From Telmatocola sphagniphila (GTDB taxonomy: Bacteria > Planctomycetota > Planctomycetia > Gemmatales > Gemmataceae), in the NCBI RefSeq assembly GCF_018398935.1, contig NZ_CP074694.1, positions 2,220,001 to 2,252,000 on the forward strand: a stretch of DNA of 32,000 nucleotides. Reading direction: 5' to 3'. Positions within the stretch are counted from its first letter, which is position 1, and each line of letters opens with the position of its first letter. A program made the translations under genes and the position numbers. Under the pieces are notes generated by a model. The model saw only the letters and a program-made list of their open reading frames with translations. It ran no database searches and had not been told where the DNA came from. Below are positions 26,648 to 32,000 of this stretch, piece by piece.

Positions 26648-27670
26648 CTAATCAAATGTAATCAATGTCTTCGAATCAAGTGTAATCAATGTCTTCGAAA
26701 CGCGGAACCCATTAATGTAGTTCCGCCGAGTCGGTTGATAGATGACACGGCTAGCGGAACGCGCAAGCGATGGTTGACCGCTCCAGGAACCCCCGCGCAG
26801 TACGCGATTGACAGCACTACTGATTTCTAGTACCTTATCTTCTTGATCTTCGACAACTTCTTGAACCGTTGAATAATTCGCATAACGTTCCATGCACCAA
26901 CTAAATAGATTCCCATGCCCGTCAAAGAGGCCGAAATCGTTCGGCTTCTTCTCTCCATAAGGCCAACTCTGCTCGTTCGAATTCTTCTGATACCAACCGT
27001 AATTGTCTAATAACGCCACCGCCTCACCAAAACTGTAACGGCTCTGCGTACCTGCTCGGGTTGCGCATTCGGCTTCCGCTTCACTCGGCAGACGATAACC
27101 CGTCAACGATAAATATTTAGGCTTCAACTTCGTTACCAACCCGGCCGCGTTCGTCTCGTAACACCATTGATCTTGCGGTATTCCTTCCCGCTTCGATAAC
27201 CAATTGCAGTAGGCCGCAGCCTCGTACCAAGCCACCCCATGTATAGGACAATCCGGGGTTGGCGAAACCTTGACGAGGTAAGCGGGCGGAGTATGGCCTG
27301 CATTGAACCGATGAAACTCTTCCAACGTGACATGCCGAGACATGATCGCGAAGGTCCGGCTAATACGAACGCGGTGAGCAAACTCCACCGAAAACTTCAT
27401 CGAATCCGAATCCGTCGAACCCATTGTGAATTCCTGGGGTCCGGGGACGACGACCATCGTCTGGCCCTCGCTTGTTACGTACCAGTTTCTTGCTTGAAGT
27501 TCACGCTTTAGCGTGACTTTCTCGCGTCCCTCCTTATCTGCTGTCCATAACTTCGTCTGCTCCGCGATCCAGTCTTTCTGATTCCACCTTCGTAACGTCC
27601 ACTCCGCCGCCGCGTGCATACCGGCATCGGGATGATCCCGGTAGATCGCTTTCAACTCTTCGATTGAACC
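26648..27670 (-). pseudogene. C-terminal FGE-sulfatase-fold portion of a Ser/Thr kinase gene split by an IS element
   Basis: FGE-fold motifs are present: MVVVPGPQEFTMGS, HGVAWYEAAAYCNWLS, GYRLPSEAEAECATRAG, GNLFSWC and RVLRGGSWSGQPSLARSASR...GFRV. There is no ATG; the track start is a TTG at 27655. The frame joins the kinase frame exactly once the IS and one TA are removed. Confidence 0.8.
26651..26698. repeat. 24-bp tandem duplication at the 3' end of the FGE-fold reading frame
   Basis: ATCAAATGTAATCAATGTCTTCGA followed by ATCAAGTGTAATCAATGTCTTCGA (23/24 identical). On the minus strand this encodes SKTLITLD-SKTLITFD. Confidence 0.9.
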
Positions 27671-27672
27671 TA

Positions 27673-28478
27673 GTGTAGTGCCTCACACAGAAGGTGTTTT
27701 ATCCAAGGTAGCTCTAGCCCGGCGGACTTTCTCCAGAATAGCCTCGGCTTTGGCGGTCCACTGGAATCCCTTTCCTGTGTTATTGTGATGATCGATGTAG
27801 CCTTCAATCCCCTGGATTAATTGCGGCACAAATCGAAATGTGCCTCGACGCAGTCGTTTGTCTGTTAAGTCGCGAAACCAGCGTTCCACCAGATTCATCC
27901 AGGAACTGCTCGTGGGGGTGAAATGCATGTGGAATCGAGGATGCCGGGCGAGCCAACGCTGAACTTTGGGATGCTTGTACGTGGCAGGTTTGTCCACGAT
28001 CAAATGCAAGTCCAAGGCCGGATCGGTGGCAGCATCGATCCGTTTGAGAAACTTGATCCATTCCTGGTGTCGATGTCGTGGCATGCATTCGCCAATTACT
28101 ACGCCTTCCGCCACGTTCAAAGCCGCGAAGAGAGTGGTGGTGCCATGACCCATGTAATCGTGAGTCAGAGTGCCGCAACGGCCGGGCACCCGCCAAACGC
28201 AGCTTCGCTAATCGGGTCCGCCAGCGCCACTGTGGGTTTCGACGTGCCGCACTGCTGAGCAATGTCCTTGTTCCGTACACCTGCGGCCGCCGCGAGTATG
28301 ATCTTCGCCCGCAGGACCAGCTGAGCGGGAGTACTTCGTCCCCGAGACCAAGAAGTCAACGTTTGTCGTTCCTCGTCAGAAAGTAAGATTGGCAGCGCGA
28401 CTTTCATGGGTTTTCTCCTTCTCTATAGAGTAACTACAAAAAGGAGCTAAAAGTAACGCTATTTCTGAGACACTACAC
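27673..28478 (-). mobile_element. internally deleted, non-autonomous IS630 (Tc1/mariner-superfamily) insertion sequence
   Basis: Terminal inverted repeats GTGTAGTGCCTCACA (27673..) and GTGTAGTGTCTCAGA (reverse complement of ..28478). TA flanks both ends (27671-27672 and 28479-28480). Transposase remnants lie inside. At 806 bp it is shorter than the roughly 1.1-1.2 kb I expect for IS630 members. Confidence 0.85.
27683..28407 (-). pseudogene. IS630-family DDE transposase, frameshifted and internally deleted
   Basis: The N-terminal HTH piece (MKVALPILLSDEERQTLTSWSRGRSTPAQLVLRAKIILAAAAGVRNKDIAQQCGTSKPTV) is in one frame. [14 protein letters not shown] is in a second frame. The C-terminal catalytic part ([12 protein letters not shown]...[13 protein letters not shown]...[17 protein letters not shown]) is in a third. 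The stretch of about 100 aa that should carry the first catalytic Asp is missing. Confidence 0.8.
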
Positions 28479-30695
28479 TAGTTCGCCCAAACCATACTCT
28501 CCCAAAATCAAGACCAATGCCCTTTTCGCCGAAATATCCGCTTCTGTTTTGAATTGAGAATGGATTAGATTGAAATCTACCCCATAAGGCTTCAGTCGAT
28601 GGATGATCCAACTCCGAACCGTCGGATCGGGCGAGAATTTTAATAAAGACCATACTTCATTCGCTTTTCCTAAACGAATCAGCGAAATGGCCGCTATCGC
28701 TTGACGACTCGCCAGGCGATCCCGTTCGGCTTCCGGTGTCTTATCATCTGTTTTCTTGGCCAACTCGGCCTGCAAGGCATCGATCGCTTTCGAAGTGTGC
28801 TTGGCCAAGACGGGATAAAGGGTTACAAAGGCCGCTTCGTCTGCATCGAGAATTAGATCGGCCACGAATGTCGGATCGTCTTTGGCGTATTCCGATAGAA
28901 AGTTGACGGCTTGTGTGCGCTGACTTTCCCGCCGTTTGCTATCCCGGTATATAGCGGCCAATGCGGGTTGAAGATCTTTGGCAACGGGGCGGAACGCCTC
29001 CAACCAGGGCGCGAAGTGAAAAGAGTTTTCTGCAACGAGCATCTCCGCAATCTTATGTGCCTCCACCTTTCCGTTGGCTGCCTCCAAGGCGGCGACCCGC
29101 AAATTGTTCGGTATCTTCGGCACAGTGTCCACGTATGGTTTCAACGCTTCCACAAAAACGGAAACTTCGGCGGGAGCCGCTTCGGGCAATCGATCCGCGA
29201 TATACCTTTTCATCGATTCATCCCGAGATAACAATGCGAGCGAAGCATTTAATTTTCGCCTGGGATCCTCGCCGTCTGCCGCTTGTTTCAAGATTGAATC
29301 GGCCCACAAGGGTTTGAGATCGAGTAATAATTTCGGTAGCTCCGAAGTGGGCGATTCCAGCAAACGTTCCGCATAGGCTCGCGCCTGGGTACGAGTATAA
29401 CCGATTATGCTGAGGATAATCCCACTAAACAAGGCTAGCGAGATCATACTCGCGGCGATAACGGAGGTTTTGTTTCGATTCAAAAATTTCTTGAGCCGAT
29501 AGGTGGTGCTAGGAGGACAGGCCATTACCGCTTGCCCTCCTAGATAACGCTGAATATCCATACCGAAACTATTGGCCGTTTCGTAGCGCCGATTGCGGTC
29601 TTTTTCGAGTGACTTCATTGCAATCCAATCGAGATCGCCTCGCATTAACCTCGTCAATTTTGCAGGATCGGTCTTTCGCTGAGCGGAGATACTCGGCAAG
29701 GCGACATCCGTTGAAAGCCTTGTACTGGGTTTCGGCGGTTCCTGTTCGCGGACTATACGCAGCATCTCCAATATCGCCTGTTCTTTAAAGTTCTTGCGGT
29801 TTAACGGCGTGCTACCAGTCAGAAGTTCGTAAAGGAGTACTCCTAACGAGTAGATGTCGCTGCGAGTGTCAATATCTTGGTTGTTTAATTCCGCTTGCTC
29901 AGGAGACATGTATTCAACCGTGCCAATGACGGCACCGAACTCGGTATACATCGTTTTGTCGGTTAGTCGCTGTCCCGTTGCCTTAGCCACTCCAAAGTCG
30001 ATCACCTTAACCACTGGATGGCCGTCGTAGGGAGCCACGAGGACGTTCGATGGTTTGATGTCTCGGTGTATGATCCCTTTTTGATGCGCGTGCTGAATGG
30101 CCTGGCAGACCGCGACAAAAAGTTCCAGGCGTTGTCTGGGTTGCAACCGATGTTCGTCGCAATATTTTGTGATGGAAGTGCCCTTAACCAATTCCATCAC
30201 AAAATAGGGTCGTTGACCGACGATTCCGGCATCGTAGATACGAGCGATATTAGGATGATCCATCAGGGCCAATGCCTGCCGCTCGGCTTCGAAGCGCGCC
30301 ACGACTTTTGCAGAATCCATCCCCGCCTTGACGAGTTTTATGGCGATCATTCGGCGGACCGGTTCCTGCTGCTCTGCCATCCAAACCGTACCCATGCCCC
30401 CTTCGCCTATTTTTTGAAGCAGCTTATAGGGACCAATCAGAGTGCCGGGCTTATCGTCGGGTTCGAATTTCAGAGTGTCGGGATCGATCCATTTGCCAGC
30501 GGGCATGTCGACTGTAGCCTCGAAGCGGGCAACAGGCTGTTCCAGGAAGCTCTTTTCTTGCTGGTGCAGACGCAGCAGTTCTGCGATTTGCTTTCGCAAT
30601 TCGGCATTGTTGCCGCAAGCCCCTTCCAGGTAGGCTTCGCGTTCAGCTTCGGTTTTCTTTTTCAAGGCTGCGGCGAAAATGAGGCTTTCATTCAT
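28473..30695 (-). CDS. transmembrane Ser/Thr protein kinase, C-terminally truncated by the IS insertion (stop codon supplied by the IS end)
   Basis: ATG at 30695 (MNESLIFAAAL..). Hanks kinase motifs are present: GEGGMGTVW, IAIKLVK, HRDIKPSNVLV, DFGVAK and YMSPEQ. TM helix VIAASMISLALFSGIILSIIGY. The last codons, ..GEL-V-stop, run across the TA junction into the IS inverted repeat. Confidence 0.9.
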   Translation of the reverse strand: MNESLIFAAALKKKTEAEREAYLEGACGNNAELRKQIAELLRLHQQEKSFLEQPVARFEATVDMPAGKWIDPDTLKFEPDDKPGTLIGPYKLLQKIGEGGMGTVWMAEQQEPVRRMIAIKLVKAGMDSAKVVARFEAERQALALMDHPNIARIYDAGIVGQRPYFVMELVKGTSITKYCDEHRLQPRQRLELFVAVCQAIQHAHQKGIIHRDIKPSNVLVAPYDGHPVVKVIDFGVAKATGQRLTDKTMYTEFGAVIGTVEYMSPEQAELNNQDIDTRSDIYSLGVLLYELLTGSTPLNRKNFKEQAILEMLRIVREQEPPKPSTRLSTDVALPSISAQRKTDPAKLTRLMRGDLDWIAMKSLEKDRNRRYETANSFGMDIQRYLGGQAVMACPPSTTYRLKKFLNRNKTSVIAASMISLALFSGIILSIIGYTRTQARAYAERLLESPTSELPKLLLDLKPLWADSILKQAADGEDPRRKLNASLALLSRDESMKRYIADRLPEAAPAEVSVFVEALKPYVDTVPKIPNNLRVAALEAANGKVEAHKIAEMLVAENSFHFAPWLEAFRPVAKDLQPALAAIYRDSKRRESQRTQAVNFLSEYAKDDPTFVADLILDADEAAFVTLYPVLAKHTSKAIDALQAELAKKTDDKTPEAERDRLASRQAIAAISLIRLGKANEVWSLLKFSPDPTVRSWIIHRLKPYGVDFNLIHSQFKTEADISAKRALVLILGEYGLGELV

Positions 30696-30789
30696 GGTAG
30701 ACTTCCTTATTCCTGGAGTCGCCAATTCATTTTTTCACTCTAATCCCAATGCGCCAAATCCGGGGAAAACCCCCGGAAGAATTTAGTAA

Positions 30790-31350
30790 TTATTTCGCTT
30801 CGCGCTGCATGTCCCGTTTCAACCACACTTTAGCGTAAGTCCAATCTTCCTCGGCGGTTGATAAAGAGATGCTTAAAATCGCGGCGGCTTCAGCCAAAGT
30901 GCAGCCAGCAAAATAACGCAGTTTTACCAGTTGGGATTTTCGAAACGATTTGGCTTCTAGTCTTTCCAGACTCTCATTCAAAGCGAGTATGTCAATCGCT
31001 TCGACCGGGGCTTTGATCGAAGGTTCGTGTTGCTCAAGTTCCTTCTGTTGAAGTTGGCCGCCTCGCTTCAGGCGACTTTTGCTACGAGCTTTTTCGACGA
31101 GAATCCTCCGCATCGCTTCCGCAGCGGCAGCAAAGAAATGACCGCGTCCTTCAAAGTGCTGGTCGCCGACCAATCTGAGATACGCTTCGTGTACTAAAGC
31201 CGTGGCTTCCAAGGTCTGCCCGGGCGTTTCCAACGCCATTCTTGCAGCCGCGAGTTTCCGAAGTTCTTCGTAAACCAGGGGGAGCAACTCCGCTGCCGCC
31301 TGATTATTTCCACGATGAGCCGCCACCAGTAACTGAGTCAGATCGGACAT
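30790..31350 (-). CDS. ECF sigma factor of the PF07638 / TIGR02999-like type (kinase-associated ECF)
   Basis: MSDLTQLLVAAHRGNNQAAAELLPLVYEELRKLAAARMALETPGQTLEATALVHEAYLRLVG...GHFFAAAAEAMRRILVEKAR...VKLRYFAGCTLAEAAAILSISLSTAEEDWTYAKVWL matches this family's characteristic sequence along its whole length. It lies directly upstream of the kinase. Confidence 0.9.
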   Translation of the reverse strand: MSDLTQLLVAAHRGNNQAAAELLPLVYEELRKLAAARMALETPGQTLEATALVHEAYLRLVGDQHFEGRGHFFAAAAEAMRRILVEKARSKSRLKRGGQLQQKELEQHEPSIKAPVEAIDILALNESLERLEAKSFRKSQLVKLRYFAGCTLAEAAAILSISLSTAEEDWTYAKVWLKRDMQREAK

Positions 31351-31495
31351 GAAGGAATAGTGTATTTCCCTCTCGATAAGCTGCCAATCAGATGCCGGTT
31401 TAAGGTGCTCCGGTCACATAGGCCAGTTGGAGATTTTTCGAATTAAAAAAATCTCCTTCCCCCGGCCACATCTCTCTCCTACCGGGTAATTAACA

Positions 31496-31546
31496 GATAG
31501 CCCTATTTTCTGTCCCCGTCAGACGACCGATCGTGCGGCGAACGTC
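31496..31546. repeat. 51-bp direct repeat, copy B (partner 26376-26426)
   Basis: GATAGCCCTATTTTCTGTCCCCGTCAGACGACCGATCGTGCGGCGAACGTC. It lies between the stop of the 31592 gene and the ECF sigma promoter region. Confidence 0.9.
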
Positions 31547-31591
31547 AGATCGGCGAAGCTCATAGCAACAATTAGGACCTGGCGACCTGCT

Positions 31592-31960
31592 TCATTTGAC
31601 GACTTCCAGCTGGTTCAAATCATCAATGACGATCTCATACTCCACAAGATGTCCGTAAATATTGTCGTCATGTTTGGAAATTGACCCCGTTACCCGGATC
31701 GTTTTCCCTTCGAAGTGCTTCTCGATGTTCTGAATTCCCGCCCGGTTGAATTGCCGAACCGCCTTGGCCGTCAGGACCGCCCCGAAACGCTGCATGATGC
31801 CGTCTATTGGAGCTTTTGAACGAAGCCCGACATCCTCCAGGCCGCGGCCCTTCTCGAACACCGCTTCGTCGCGAGCCTGATTGAACAGTTTCTCGTTCGT
31901 TCTGGTCACTGACTCGACTTGGAATTCGACAGGGGGCTGGCTCTTATTGAATTCCTTCAT
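31592..31960 (-). CDS. hypothetical protein (may extend upstream beyond the window)
   Basis: 122-aa ORF from the ATG at 31960. The same frame stays open to base 32000, so the true start may lie outside the window. No motif recognised. Confidence 0.45.
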   Translation of the reverse strand: MKEFNKSQPPVEFQVESVTRTNEKLFNQARDEAVFEKGRGLEDVGLRSKAPIDGIMQRFGAVLTAKAVRQFNRAGIQNIEKHFEGKTIRVTGSISKHDDNIYGHLVEYEIVIDDLNQLEVVK

Positions 31961-32000
31961 TCTTGTCGGGTCGGAGGCCGCCCGGATGGCATCTTCAGGC

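Noticed and set aside
26651-26698. Whether the tandem 24-bp repeats are a CRISPR array or minisatellite
   Set aside because: There are only two directly abutting copies with no spacers, and they lie inside a reading frame. This is a simple tandem duplication.
30018-30743. 241-aa ORF antisense to the Ser/Thr kinase
   Set aside because: It lies entirely inside a gene with unambiguous Hanks kinase motifs on the other strand, and I recognise no motifs of its own.
1-32000. A search by eye for tRNA, rRNA and CRISPR arrays
   Set aside because: I found no T-loop (GGTTCGAATCC-like) contexts with an acceptor stem, no rRNA-like conserved blocks, and no regularly spaced short repeats.

Overview
This is a densely coding 32-kb bacterial chromosome segment with mid-range GC (judged by eye). 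No database search was run; every domain call below comes from motif recognition.

The gene content looks Planctomycetota-like (inference). It includes a PSCyt1-like CxxCH protein, a PF07638-type ECF sigma paired with a Ser/Thr kinase, several FGE-sulfatase-fold proteins, a LamG protein, a caspase-Sel1 protein and a giant PAS/GAF hybrid kinase.

Main structures:
1. A ~1.3-kb inverted duplication (2706-4000 / 10645-11955). Each arm carries a divergent pair of small secreted-protein genes, one 33%-tyrosine protein and one Cys-rich protein. The arms bracket a 6.6-kb block holding an ECF sigma, a co-translated membrane protein, a two-CxxCH cytochrome-like protein, a secreted protein of unknown function and an exported FGE-fold protein.
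2. An exported caspase(C14)-12xSel1 protein.
3. An AraC/GyrI regulator, a VOC lipoprotein, a YciI-like protein and an exported DUF326-like protein with 22 Cys.
4. A 1582-aa kinase made of two complete hybrid histidine kinase units in tandem.
5. A gene-poor, AT-richer stretch, followed by zinc-ribbon and ankyrin genes.
6. An ECF sigma followed by a Ser/Thr kinase-FGE-fold gene. That gene has been split, in frame, by an 806-bp internally deleted IS630-family element with a TA target duplication. The sigma-kinase-FGE block is flanked by 51-bp direct repeats.

I recognised no rRNA, tRNA or CRISPR array.
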